DNA from: Chrysomallon squamiferum
Lineage: Eukaryota > Animalia > Mollusca
Assembly: GCA_012295275.1 (NCBI GenBank)
Contig: CM022665.1
Location: forward strand, 45,136,001-45,200,000
Direction: 5' to 3'
DNA length: 64,000 bases
The notes beneath the pieces are model-generated. The model had not been told where the DNA came from. It worked only from the letters and a program-made list of their open reading frames with translations, and ran no database searches. This document shows, in pieces, positions 15,010-30,200 of the stretch. The position numbers and the translations under genes were made by a program. Each line of letters opens with the position of its first letter. Position 1 is the first letter of the stretch.

Positions 15010-18000
15010 ATAATAATAATAATAATAATAATACAAAAAAACAGAAAGAAGTAACTGTAAAACAAATAAACTAAAATCTTATTTGATGATGAAAAATCAT
15101 TAGCAACAACAATTTTCTCCATACATTCATTCTCTTAGTTACGTAATCAATAATTCTATATACAAAAAAAAAAATAACAATAATAAAAATAAAAATATTA
15201 TTGCCCAAAAAAACCCAGAAAGAAGTAATTGTTAAACAATGAAGATTAAATCTTTCTGATGGTAGCAATGATATAACCATTACCAGAAACACATTTGTTT
15301 CATTCTCCTAGTTATGTAATAGGTTAGTCAATGTACAAAATATAATTATTGTAAAAAAAAAAATAAAGAACAAAAAATAATAATTATTATTATTAAAAAT
15401 AGAAAGAAGTAATTGTAAAACAAATAAATAAGTTGAAATTGTTGTCTGATCACAGCAGTGATAAAACCATTACAAACAACAGATTTCTCCAAGCTTCCAT
15501 TCTCTTAGTTTATGTAATGGGTAATCAGTAACTCTATATATAAAAAAAAAGTATTATTATTATTATAAAAAAAATAGAAAGAAGTAATTGAAAAACAAAT
15601 AAAGAAGTTATTTCATGTCTGATGATAAAACCATTATGTAATAGGTTATTTTATACATAAAATATAATAATTATTATCAAAAGTACTACAGACTTCATTT
15701 CAGATATGCAAAACAGTTATCATTTTAAAAATCTCATGCTGACTTCTCAAAACTTTTTTCAGTGAAATGTCAGTATCAATTTTCTTTATTTTTTTTAAAA
15801 GAATTTTTTGTTTCTGGTTTTGTTTTGTTTTGTTTTGTTTTGTTTGTTGGATTATTGCAGGTTTTGGTATGTTTTCCAAGGTGGGGTGTTTTGTTTCTTT
15901 GACAGTTGTAAAACTAATTTTTTTTAAACTTTTGAAATATTTTCTCAATACTATTTAGGTGAGTTAACAGAAACTATTTATTGTATTGAAAATAATGTTT
16001 GCTATAGGTAAGTAATATCTATCTCAAAATTGACTTGTTTCCTACCAGCAAAAAAAAAAAAAAAATTCATACAAGTCAATAAAATAATAAATATTACTAT
16101 CTAGACCCCTGATATTGACAATAACTGAAAATGTTCATTACACTAACATTATAAAATCTATAGAAAAACAGCATAAAAGTGACATTATAAACAGTAACCC
16201 ATTAACTTTATGCCAGCAGAAAACAAGTGTTTATCAATATAATTATATTACAGCCCACTCATTGTACATTTCTGAGAAATTAATAAATATTTTAACATCA
16301 TGTGTGTGTGTGTGCGTGTGTGTGTGTGTATGCATTAGTCCATATCCCAAATGTACACAAAAATAAAATAAAGATATTTTAAAAAAATTTAAAACATTTT
16401 TGAAAACATTATTAATTTGTATCAGTCAGTATTTGCTAAAGTTAATTTGATTTTTATAACTATTTACAAAGCAAGAATAATCTTTCTTTTTCTTCTGTTT
16501 TTTTTTTTTTTCTTTTTAATATAAACCATAAACAGAATAAAATCACTAATATTAAGTAAAGCCATCTTTTGTACTTTTTGCTAAAAAAAAAAGGGAGTAA
16601 AAAAGAAGAAAATCTTATGGCTTACTACACAGCCAGTGCAATAATACCTGCAATAACAAAATTTATCTCAACCAAACTGAGGAAACATCAGCCAAAATAA
16701 ATACTTTTACAGTTATTATTATTCTTCAACATCAAAATGCACAAGAGCCCCCAAGGGAATTACCTCAAGTCTGACAAAAAAGTTGGAAGAAAGAAAAAAA
16801 AAAACCCACAACAAACTAACAAAGCAAACCCTTAGGTCAGTGATGGCAAATGAAAAGGTACGTGTGTACCAGGTAATGAGGACTCGGAGGCAGGCTGGCT
16901 GCTGGAAGCTAGCACAGCAGCAACTACGCGCATACACGACTCTTCAACAACACTGTAAGCATGAACGTCGGCAAGTGGAAGCACTTGAGGCATCGCCACC
17001 GAAGAAGCCCTTCGGCTAAATCTGTAACACGCTGAATCTTCCTACTACATAGTAGGCAGCCTCCAGCTTGTTGTAAAAGCTTTTCAAGACCCAAATGGCT
17101 TCAAAACTGCAGATAATACGAGGCCCAAGCGAGTGAGCGAGCGAGAGAGCGAGCAGCAGGCAGCACACACCGATCTGTACGTGTTTGTTTGCTTGTGACT
17201 AAACATACAGCAGTCGGCTTGATCAATACTGATGCGTCCTAAGAAATCACCCATTTACCTAAGTTCAATTACAACACGGCACAGCAGCCTGGTTGAATCA
17301 ATAATAATAATAGTAAAAAAAAAAAAAATTATAAAAAAAATCAGTGCCTTTCAATGGGGGAAAACATTTTATCAAAGATCACAAGTTGTTGTCATAACAA
17401 GAAAAACGAAAAAAAAAAAAAAAAATGTATGGGCCACTTTTAACCACAGGCTAAAAAAAAAAAAAAGAAAAGAAAAAAAATCTTTAAAAATTATTCACTC
17501 GTACATTTGGTCCTTGAAATCATTTACTGATGACATATGTCTGTGTGTGTGTGTGTGTGTCTGTGCATCTCTCTTTCTCTCAGACTACTGTTATTACAAT
17601 GGAACGCAGGCTGCAGTGTGCTAACAAAGCAGAAAGTTATGTCTCGCTGGATGTGAGAAAAGCACAGCATCGTTCTACATGTTTTTCCAAGTGAGTACGT
17701 AAAACTCTCATCCACTGCGAGTATATTGATTTATGCCGAGTGAAACTGCAGAGCCATTACCGCAGCCCATACAAACGTAACCCGGTTATCTGAAACATTC
17801 ATCTTGACCAGCACATGTAGTTATGGCCAAACGATATGGTAAATTAAATATTACACTATCTCAATCTTAATCTTTTAGCGCTCGGAAATTAACAGAATAA
17901 GACCACGAACATGCTTATAAAAGAAAGGTTCTAACATAATGAAAAAAAAAAAAAGAAATATATATATATATATATAAAAGATGAATTTACAATGAAAAAT

Positions 18001-19433
18001 TAATATTTGTGCGTGATAAACCTTCAACAGAAAATAAACACACAAAGCACCATGAATTAAAAATTAAAATACAACAAATCTGCAAGATGTGCCATCATTA
18101 ATCAAGTCCGATGAAAATAAATCACTAACTTAAAATGAATATTAACTCACAAATGATTATCATCACTCTATAACAAATTCATCTCGTACGATGTATAAAA
18201 TACCAAGAGAGACTCAGATTATGAAAAATCTTTAAAAAAAAAAAAAAGGCTGGACACATTGAAAACAAAAATAAACCCACAAGGATTGAAAATGAAAATT
18301 AACTGATGAATATATATATATATATATATACACGTGAAAGAAAACCAATCCCTGAAGCCAGTGGAGCAGGACATTTCATCTCCTAAATAATTTGTCCAAC
18401 AAAGCTGAGCTTATGAAGAGCTAGTCAGCCCTGGAAGAGCAGAGATTCATCAGGGTTTTCTGATCAAACCAATATTGAGCTCAAATACCCCATGAGCCTG
18501 ACCACTGCAACAAAATCTGACCACTACAACAAAATCTGACCACTACAACAAAATCTGACCATTGCTTTTCAGCTGACCACTACAACAAAATCTGATCACT
18601 GCAACAAAATCTGACCACTAACAACAAAATCTGACCACTACAACAAAATCTGACCACTGCAACAAAATCTGACCACTGCATCAAAATCTGGATGGTACTG
18701 GAACATAAAATCAGTAACAACAGTGCTATGTTTGTTGTCTTTTGTAGTAAATATTAAATCACCAGATGAACAGATATACGAGTTGTAAATAGAAAAAAAA
18801 TTTCAATGAAAAATGAAAGTAAAGATTTTGTTTTCAGTATAATAATGCTTAAAAAGTAACTATATGCATTTTTGTTTAAATATTCACCAAAAAAGCCATT
18901 TAGTGTCAGTAGTGGTGGTAGTAGTAGTTGTAGTTGTAGTCATAGTAGTGCTAGTAGTTGTAGGAGTGATGATTATAGTGGTGGTAATTATAGTAGTGGC
19001 TGTAGAAATATAATGCAGTAGCAGTAGTACAGCTGGAAGTTAAGGTAGCCCATTTTAGCAGTTGATTCACTGAATTTATGTGAGTTTCATAAAAGAAAAA
19101 CACATCTTCAAATGATTAACAGTTTGTCTTAAACCGTACACCAGATCTTGTTTGTGTATTATTATTCTTATTTTTATTTTTTATTAATTGATTTTTTATT
19201 CCAAGTCTGTTGTAGATCACATCCAAGAGGTCAAACTCCACATCTATCTTCAAAAAAAATTTAAAAAAATAAAAAACATAAAAAAGATTCCACAGCAAAT
19301 TAATGAAAGCTTTTTTTTTTATTATTCCCATTCCCCAGATATATACAAAGACAGTGACTGATTATACAAGCTTCACATCCTGAAATTTTAACGCACCAAC
19401 AACGAAGTGATCTTAGGTAGCATTCCAAATTAA

Positions 19434-19485
<52 letters not shown>

Positions 19486-21175
19486 GGCAGTATGATAGTG
19501 CAGTAACAAAAATAATAACAGTAATAGTAAAAGAGGTATAGTTGTAATAGTGGTGGTATTAAAAGCTGTAGCAGTAGCAGTAGCAGTGGTGGTAGCAACA
19601 GTGATAGTAGCAGCAGCAGTAATAGTAGTAGTAGTAGTAATAGTAGTAGTAGTAATGGTAGTAGTTGTTGTTGTTTTAGTAGCAATAATAGTAATAACAA
19701 TGGTTAAAGTAGTTATAAGAGTAACAGGATGTATTTATTTACATAATACAGCAACACCCTAAAATAGATAGTCATTATTAGACAGACAATCTACAAACAG
19801 CTACTTAATTTATAACATTCTTGCTAAGAATGGTTTCCTATAAATAATTTTAATTTACTGTTGATATTATTATTATTTTTTTTTTTTTTTTACTTTTTCT
19901 TCTCAAGCAGTGTTGACATCGGGGAGATTACGTAAAAATGGATAACACAGCTGTTGCCAAGTGCAGTACAAGTTACATAAACAGTTTTTATATCTCTTAC
20001 TTGCTGCAAGAGCAGTTCTACATATCTCAGACAAAGTCACAACACATGACAAAAACAGTTACTGAACTGACAATGAATTATTCAGATCAACGTAATTTAA
20101 ACTGATAATGAACAATTCAGACAAAGAAACTGAAAGTGACAGTGAACGATTCAAATCAACGGCATTTGACCTGACGATTGAACGGTTCAAATCAAATAAT
20201 TTTAAAATGACAATGAACAATTCAAACCAAAGAAATTAAAACTGACAATGAACAATTCAAACCAAAGAAATTTAAACTGACAGTGAATGATTCAAATCAA
20301 AGAAGTTTAACCTGACAATTAAACGATTCAAACTTTTTTTTTTAAATGACAATGAACAATTCAAACCAAAGAAATTTAAACTGAAATTTAATCCAAAGAA
20401 ATCTGAACAATTAACTATTCAAACCAAAGAAATTTAAACTGACAATGAACAATTCAAACCAAAGAAATTTAAACTGACAGTGAATGATTCAAACCAAAGA
20501 AATTTAAACTGACAGTGAACAATTCAAACCAAATAAATTTAAACAAACAGTGAATGATTCAAACAAAAGAAATTCAAACTGACAATGAACAATTCAAACC
20601 AAAGAAATTCAAACTGACAGTTAACTATTCAAACCAAACAAATTCAAACTGACAATGAATGATTCAAACCAAAGAAATTTAAACTGACAATGAACGATTC
20701 CAAAGAAAGAAATTTAAACTGACAGTGACTGATTCAAATCCAAGAAATGTGTTCTAAAGGATAGAATCATTGGAGTCAAGTTACTTTTTAACATTTCAGA
20801 TAGTATTTCCAAAACACTTGAAAATAACTTTTAAAACTCTTTATAAAAGGAATTCTAGAAATGAAAAGATCCAAAGAATTAAATCAATAAGCAGCCACAT
20901 ATATAACCTTTTCTGAAAACATCCTGTCAAATATTTCAAGAATAACACAATCTCTAAAATGCAAAAATAATATTCAAATACATCTTTGATGCAATAAAAT
21001 TCAAAGATTTTATTCCAAAGGGTTAAAATTTATATACACTAATCAAATAAATGAGAACAGAGTTTTTAAACTGCTCAGTCATTTGAATGTGCTGTGTGCA
21101 ATATTACACAGCTGCTTAATACTTCTAAGTGATAAACATTTTTATTAAAAATCAATTTCTATTCCTCTCTCTTGT

Positions 21176-21224
<49 letters not shown>

Positions 21225-21323
21225 TACACACTCTCTCTGAAATAAAAGTGACTTAATAGTTGAATGAATACATTAAGATTAAATTCACAATTAACTTTAT
21301 TATTAACCAATTAATTATTATTA

Positions 21324-21363
<40 letters not shown>

Positions 21364-21539
21364 CACTATTACTACTTTCATTTAATTTTGTTTTGGTATT
21401 ATTATAGTCTTATTATTCCTTTTTATAACTATTTTTATTATCTTTTCTTCTTTATTATTCTTACTATTACTACTACTACTATTTTTATTATTTTTTTTAT
21501 TATAATCTTATTATTATATTATTATTATTATTTTTATCA

Positions 21540-21572
<33 letters not shown>

Positions 21573-22979
21573 ATAAAATAAAAATTACACTACATTACAC
21601 CATTTCAGTTAACCGCATAATTAAAAACCTGGATTGACCACTGTCAGCATTTCACACCAGACATTCTGACAGTACCACACTCTGAAGCCGACACACATCA
21701 TTTCACCACTGACGTATGTCATTCAAACGCCAGGTCATTATAAACATGGCCGGCATGCAACCGACTTTCAGACAGATAAATGCAAGATTTGATATTATTA
21801 AATTTGGCTCAAAAGGCAAAAAAATCACTCTGCCACTGCGTCCTGCGCCAGTCGGGTTGTCAAGACAAAAGGATTGCTGCTCTCAAAGACTCTGATGGAG
21901 TATTCAGTGAAGAAACAGCTTAAGGATTCTCAAAAGCATTGAAGAGGAAGGGGTTGTATTTTTTTTTGTTGTAAATTTAAACTGCAGTCTGAAACATGGG
22001 GAAGAACAAGAATTTAAAAAAAATAATGATAAATAAATAATAAAGAAAGAAAGAAAGAAAGAATAGTAATAAATAAATAAATAAATAAATAAATAAAAAA
22101 ATAATAAAAAAATAGTAATAAATAAATAAATGTTATTAAAACATTTTTTTTTTTTTTTTTTTTTCACAATTACAACTTAATGGTAAATATTCCAGTTCCT
22201 GAAACTGTAATTTGAAAAATACTTGACATCAATTTTCTAATTTGTGGACAATTTTATGATTTTATGATAAATGGATCTTTTTTTTTTTTTTTTTTGTAAG
22301 TCATCAACATCTATACAACAACTGCAGTTATGAGTACAGCATGTAAGTATTCAAGTATAAAATACTGCTATACTTAAATTCAAATTAGAGCATTTATAAA
22401 ATATTTTCATACATCAAATGAGACACTTTATTAAACATATTTAAAACAAACTGTAATATGACAAAAAATAAAAATATGAAAACTGAATCAACAGCACTCT
22501 CATCAGAATCAATAGCATTATTCTAAAAAAAAAAAATTCAAAAATAAAAAATATTTTAAAACCCAACATTTTGCATCTTTTCAAATTTTAGCCTATTATT
22601 TTTTCTAATTTTATACAAAAAAAATAATAAAACATTCAGAAAATAAATAACAAATTTTTTTTAATTTTTTTTTTAAAAACCTTCAGGCTGGACAATTTTT
22701 TTCCCCCATTTCCAAACAGACTGGTTTGTTGTTTACAGTGCACATCCCTAACATGGAGAGGAACAAATTAGTAATTAATGAAAAACAATTACACTAACGG
22801 CAGGAGACTTGTTTTGTGGCTGGCTGGCTGGCCAACTGTTGTTAGCATTCTCTTTTTCTGTAGAAGCAACAGCAGGCAATTACAAGCTCGGCAAGACCCT
22901 CCGACTGCCAGACTAGTGATCTTTGCCACCGAATGTGTTCACATGTATTTACAAAGATCAGGAAAAGGTTACGAAAAAA

Positions 22980-23021
<42 letters not shown>

Positions 23022-23074
23022 AGAAGAAAAAAAGAGAAATTGATTAATATAAAAAAAATAAGATATATTATATA

Positions 23075-23109
<35 letters not shown>

Positions 23110-23956
23110 TTGTATTTACAAAGATCAAGAATAGGTTAAAAACTATAAAAAAAAACTAGAAGAATAAGAAGAGAAATTCAATAATAAAAATTAAAAAAAT
23201 ATCTCTATATATATATATATATTCATAATTTAAAAAATAACTCATTACAGGCATACAATTATTTGATACATTTTATCATTAAACAAAGATTTTTAAATAA
23301 ATATTTTCAAAAAATTAACCTTATTTGGGTTTTTAAATAAAAATAATTTAAAATCCATTCTTTCCACAGCTACATTACGTAATATTATTAATATCCAGTT
23401 TTAACAATCCCAGAAAAGGTCCCATTTCCCTTTAGTTATACAGACTTAACAGACCTTCTGACACAGGACAAATATTATCTGTACATACAATTCTACATCT
23501 TCACAACAAGATGAAGCATATTCTTACAGCGTCTGACATAAGGCAAATATTTTCCCGTTTTGCAGTAAATATATTTACAGTGGGCAACAACATGGCTTGT
23601 CATTTAAGAAAAGGCTTGTAAATGCTTTCACAATTATCGTTTGGCAAATGCTGTCATGAAAAGTCAGGTGGCCAATGCTTTCATTACCAGTCATGTGGCA
23701 AAAGTTTTCATGACGTGTAATTCACGGGAAATGTGTTCCTGACAAGTCATGTGGCAAACGCATTGCGACAAGTGGCTAAAACGCTGATTGTCAAAGCAGT
23801 AAATATTCTCAGTGAAAAACGTGGCAGATACTTTCTCTGCAGGTGACGCAATACGCAAATTGTGGAAAAAACATTTTCTTCACAACAACTGTTAACTAAA
23901 TTAAACACGCGTTTTAAAATTCAATTTACAAAATCACAATTATATTTTTGTCAGAC

Positions 23957-23987
<31 letters not shown>

Positions 23988-24190
23988 AAAATATTGTAAC
24001 AACACCATTTCTGCGAAGAGAAAGAAAGAAAAAATATATAAATCAGATGATGTGACAAATTTAAAAGAAACTGATTTCTTTCTTTCATTTCTTATTTTTC
24101 TAGGTAATTGAATAAAATAAGCAATGGGTTGAGGAGGGACTGTAGGAAGAAAAGTAAAACTGGTATTTAATAAAGAAAAATTAAGGCAAG

Positions 24191-24231
<41 letters not shown>

Positions 24232-27200
24232 TTGATGATGAGGCGTGCTTTTTATTAATGTTCCTCGAATCAATGGTGAAGAACTAAGCACTGTGTCAGC
24301 TTTTATTGATATTGCGGTGTTATACAATGTCATAATTTCAGCAAGCCATCTGCTACAAACAACACATCACTAGTTTTGATTAGATCCTCGCAACAACACA
24401 GAATGGCCGCCCAGTATAAAATGCTATAAATAGAGCAGATTTATTCTCGGTTAAGACATGTAACAATAATTTTAATAATAAAAAAACAAAAAAAAACCCA
24501 CAAACACAAAAAAATAAAAAAATAAAAAAAATAAAGAAAAATTATGATGGTTATTTACAGCAACAAGCTAAACAAGCAAATTGTCAGTGATTAACTGAGA
24601 ATGAGGGTGTCGGAACAAATTATTTATTACTTTTATGAAAATTAAACTCGTTTTGAAAGGCAGATATTTTAAGTTCTTTGTGGTAAGCACCTGAATATAT
24701 CTTTAAAAAAAAATATGCACCAAGTAACGAAATTAATGAACAAATACTTATTTATAACAATTCTATAAAACAGGTTTATATTATATATATATATATATAT
24801 ATTTTTTTTTTTTTTACCCCCATTTATACTTAAAATACAATATTTCACCAATGTTTAGAAATGGAATGGGTTAAATCAAGTCATTACATCTGTATTAAAA
24901 CCCTTCTTCTCTTGCTGTTTGACAAGTGTCCTTTCAAGCCTTTTAAAACTATTTGCTGACTTCATTTTGCTACAAATGGAATGCTAATTTTCATTACCGC
25001 TCTTCATACTTAAATATCCATATATATACAGTTGCTCTGAATTAGATATCTGAAAAACAGTTAAAATCTATTCTGATTGGAAATACTATCTTGATCATCT
25101 CAGATTAACTAACACAGAAAGTCCAACAGATTCTAAATGCCATGTAAATTCTGTCTTTTAGAGCAATTGATCTTTTTAAATGATACCCCCATTTCAAATA
25201 TAAATATGCTAGAATATAATAAAGATATTATCAAGCAGAAATCAAGCAGGTAAAAATGTAATTAAAACAAGATAACGAGAGGGTGAAAAAATGTAATAAA
25301 AAAAAAATTGATAAAAAGGTTATCAAAATAAAAATGAGGTACGTAAAGAGGTTATAAAAAATAGATATCAAGTAGGTAAAAAGGTTATAAAAAAATAGAA
25401 ATGAGGTATGTAAAGAGGTTATAAAAAATAGATATCAAGTAGGTAAAAAGGTTATAAAAAATAAAAATGTAATAAAAACAGAAATCAATAACATAAAAAC
25501 GTAATAAAAAATTGATATCAAGCAAATAAAAATGTAATTAAAAAATGAAATCAAGCAGGTAAAAAGGTAATGAGAAATCAACAAGGCAAAAAGGTTATAA
25601 AAAAATAGAAATCAAGTTGGTAAAAAGGGGAAAAAAAACCAGCAATCAAGTAGATAAAAAGATTATAAAAATAGAAATCAATTAGATAAAAAAGTTATTT
25701 CAAGTACAAATCAAGAAGGTAAAAAGGACACTTCAAGTACAAATCAGATAGGGGAAAAAAATCACTTCAAGTACAAATCATGTAGTTTAGAAGGTTATAA
25801 AAAAAATAGAAAATAAAAGAAAGAAGTAGATATAAAGGTCATATCAATTAGAAATCAAGAAGACAAAAATCTAATAAATAGAAATCCTGAAGGTAAAAAA
25901 TCAAAAAAAGATAAATAAAAAATATCAAGTAGGTAAAAAAAGTTAATACAAATCTGAAAAGAGCTTTAAAAAAAAATAAATACAAAGCATAAAGCAAATA
26001 AAAAATAAATATAAAAGATAAAATATGTTAAACAAAATTACACAAGGAAGAAGACAGAAAACAAAAACAATAACAGCAGGTCAAAAGACAAAAGCGAAAT
26101 AGGTAAACATATACAATAAAAGTATTAAAACTAAAAGATAACAAATGCAAGGTACAGACCAGACAATGGAATAGAATGAGAAAAAAAGTAAAAATGAAAC
26201 AACTGTGACCGTTTTAGCAAGATTATCTTTTCTGATTACGATGTACAATACCTTCAGATTTGGACATAAAGTTGTAAGAACTATTCTTTAAAACAAATAC
26301 ATCTTTTGAAACTAAAAAATCGGGATGCTCTACTGCCTGTTTTACTTAGATGGTTCTTTTTAAACTAACTGGGTTTTTTTTTTTCACACATATTATTTCT
26401 ACATGGTTACAATATGAACATGTAAAACATGTTTTCGGATAATTACTACTAATGTGACTGCTATAACAAGCTAGTTTTTAATACAATTTTTAATTCTTTT
26501 CCCCCATAACCAACATCCATTAGTTACTGTTACAAGGTGGTTATTAAACAGGTATTCACGTATCCATTAATAACTGGACTGGGTGGTCTTTAAAATGGAT
26601 TCTTTTTAACCAACAACATCCATTACAAAACTAGCTATTATAACGCAATGGTCTTTAAAACCAAGTTTAATAAACTGACTTCAGTATCAGAGTTCTCTTT
26701 AAGATAAATATTCTTTCCAACCAACATTCATTACAAAACTAGCTATTACAAATGAGGTTGTCTATATATAAAAAAAAAAAGATGGTATTCTAAATAAAAT
26801 CCATTAATATAACCTGGCTGCTGTAATAAGGTAATTTCTAAAACAAGTGATTTTTCAAAACATTAAAAAATTTGCTTCCACTGTGGCCTACACAGAAAGA
26901 TGCTCTTTAAAACTGATGTGTTGTTTTTTTGTTGTTTTTTTCCCCAAGCTACGTCTGAATTAAATTAAACGATAAAACAAATATATGCCATCCATACGAA
27001 GCCATCATGACACGAATAACAGCAGGTTTTTGCAGGCTAAGGTGAGATTAACAGAATATCAATACTGAAGCTTGGTGGCTTGAATTAATAGTCTGAAACT
27101 TTTAACAATAAATAGAGACTGAAACGGAGAGCAGCACAGAATGTGTTTACTATCACACAACTCAGAATAATTGTTACTTTATACGGCATTCTGTCTGACT

Positions 27201-30200
27201 GGATAGACAAATGAAACATTTAATAAAATTTAAACCATTTTTCTTCCTTTCTCTTTAAGGTAGTAATGAATATTTAACTCTCTTTCCAAAAATAATAATG
27301 TTAAATATTCCTGGATTTACAGATTCTGTCAGTTTATATGCCATGTATGACAAACTTAATGGAGCTCTTAGGAGAGTTATGGAATGGTAAAAGTTATTTT
27401 AAATTGTTTCTTTTCTTTTTTTTTATAATTAATGACAATGGTTAAATAATTGTTATACTTTCTGTGTTTTAATGTTTATGTTAAATACAGTTTTACATTA
27501 TCATTTTTCTTCACAATTATTTAAACAAAAATTTTACAAATTATAACACTTTTTCTTTTTATCAAAATAACGTAAAGTATTTTTGCTTTTTTTTCAATTA
27601 TTTCCATAAATTTCTTAAGTGTATATAATCTATTTTTCATAAAAAAATTATATTAATATTTTTTTATATAATTTATCATTTTAAATATAAATATATATAT
27701 ATATTTTACAAATAAAAACAATAACGAATATTTTCTCAAAAAGGAAATTCTTATTTCTGAAGTGTTCATAATCTGTTTTGTTCACATAAATCTATTTATA
27801 AATTTATGAATTAACAAAAAACAAACCCAATTAAAACCTCCATAGATTAAAACAATGAATAATTTTTAAGTCTTTATACATATGCACTCAAAACTCATCA
27901 ATTATATCTTTTTAATACATGGTTTACAGATATTTACCAATAAAATTTCTCTTTCAGAAGAAAAATATTTTTTTATTTATATCACATAAAACATCATGAT
28001 TAATATGGTGTAAATATAAATACATAAAAAACTAAGATGAATGATTTTGTTCACATCAAAATTGTGAGGCTGTATCATAAAATAAAATAAAAAATGGGTG
28101 TAAAGAGAATGAATTAATCTAAAGATTACATTGTAAAATAAATTAGTTTTACTTTTATCTAAAAAATTTTAACCTAAAAAACAGGTAAATAATTGATTTC
28201 ATAAAATTAATAAACATTATTAAAATCTTACGAACACACAATGCTTATAATTAAATATTCAGAAATATATTTCAAAAGTAAATGAATGATTTTGTTTCAA
28301 TTTTTTACAACTGATCAATAAATTATAAGCTGATGGACAAAAGCAATTGATTTAAAGATAAATATTAAGTCTAAATAAAGGTCTTGTTTTAATGCAGTCT
28401 GCCATGTATTAATGCAATATCAATACTGTACAAGGTGGATGAAGCTAACGAGACAGAGTCAATTGATTATTAAATATTTTGGAAAAAAATGTAATTTTCT
28501 AAATTTATAAATTCACACCAGTACAATATTGATAAATTATAAAATGTAGGAAGCTAGATGGAAAAAAAAAGCTAAAAACTTTAAAAAAAAAAAAAAAAAG
28601 TTATTTTCAACCATCAAGTAAAACTTACTAAATAATTTTGTCCAAAAAAGTTAAAAAAATAATAAACAAATAATTCCTAAATCAAAATGAATGACTTGGT
28701 TTAAACTGGATTTGGATTTACTAATATCAATTATGTAAAGCTTGCTAAACAAAAAAACAATCGATTTAAAGATAAGCATTTTTGATAATGTAATTCATAA
28801 ATCAATATGAACGGCTTTGTTCAGAAGTGTTTTTTATCTACAAACTAATGTTATAAAAGATACATACACACAAATAAATTGATTTAAATGTAACTTTATA
28901 CTATATACATGTACAGCAATTATTAAATGTAAATATTCATTAAATATTAAAAAAAACTATTAAAAATTTCATTAAACACAAGAAACAATCAATTTAAATA
29001 TAAATATTTCAACATATTAATTATTTTTCAATCAAAATTAATGCTTTTGTTTAAAAGAAGTAGTTTTACTGATTCAGTATCATTGTAAAACATAAGAAGC
29101 TAAATAACTAGTTTAAAGATAATTACTTATATAAATCTTATATACAATTAACTAGTAGTAACTGAAGGTAATGTGTTATTTACATTCAAATATTCAATAC
29201 TGAAATTATTTCCATTTTTTAAATTTCAGATTACCGATTTTTGTTATCATTTTTATTTTTTATTATTTTATTAAGTTTTCTTGTTTCACAGCTCTTTGTG
29301 ACCTTTACAGAGAAAATATTAAATACTATTTGTTTTATTTAATTTTTTTTAGGTCAAGGTAACCTTTTCTACAGATCATACTTAAATATTCAGAAACAGC
29401 AAGATATAAAAGAAAAAAAAATACTGAAAATTCTCTCAGACTGTGCAAGCTGTGAAGAAGTTTTATTTATTTATTTATTTATTTATTTATTTTATTTAAA
29501 TTCCTTTTCATGGGTTTTCATGATTTTTACAACAGAAAATATCCAGACATTTTCAAACCAGCAAAAAACAAAAAAAAAAAAAAAAAAATTGAAAAAAGAA
29601 AATTTAAAACATAAAAAGAATTCTCTAATCAATTTAGAACATTTTTTTTTTACTTTCCTTATTTTAAATTATTAATTTTCCTGGCTTCTGATTAGCATTA
29701 CAATAAACAATATTCACATATTTCTAAACCAAAAACAAATAAATAAAATGTGTGTGTGTGTGTGTGTACAGATTTTCAAATCAACCTGAGACTACCTGAA
29801 TTTGGAATGTAATTATTTCTTTACTTATATATTTATTTTATATTTCATGGGTTATGGTGACCTGTACAATCAAAAACGTGAATATTTTTCAAACCAGCAA
29901 AACACTTGTGTGTTTGTGTGTATCTACGTATGTACATACGTAAATACATACATCATGATAAATAAATTAAATTCTCTAGCCAATCTTAGACTGTATGAGT
30001 TTGGAACACGTGTGGAATTCTTTTATTACAGATCTGTTCACACACAAATGTATGAAATGCAGTGGAATAAGTGAGTTGTTTTCATCCCAAGATGTGACAA
30101 CCAGAATGTATAACAGTGCCAGGAAACAGGACCCAGATTTAACAAAAAGAAATCTGAAATTTAACCTGCGCTTGACAGCTACCAGTACTACTACTGTTCA

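Noticed and set aside
18498-20750. Regular 19-bp and 35-bp arrays as possible CRISPR
   Set aside because: Head-to-tail repeats without unique spacers, in a eukaryotic intron, with no cas genes
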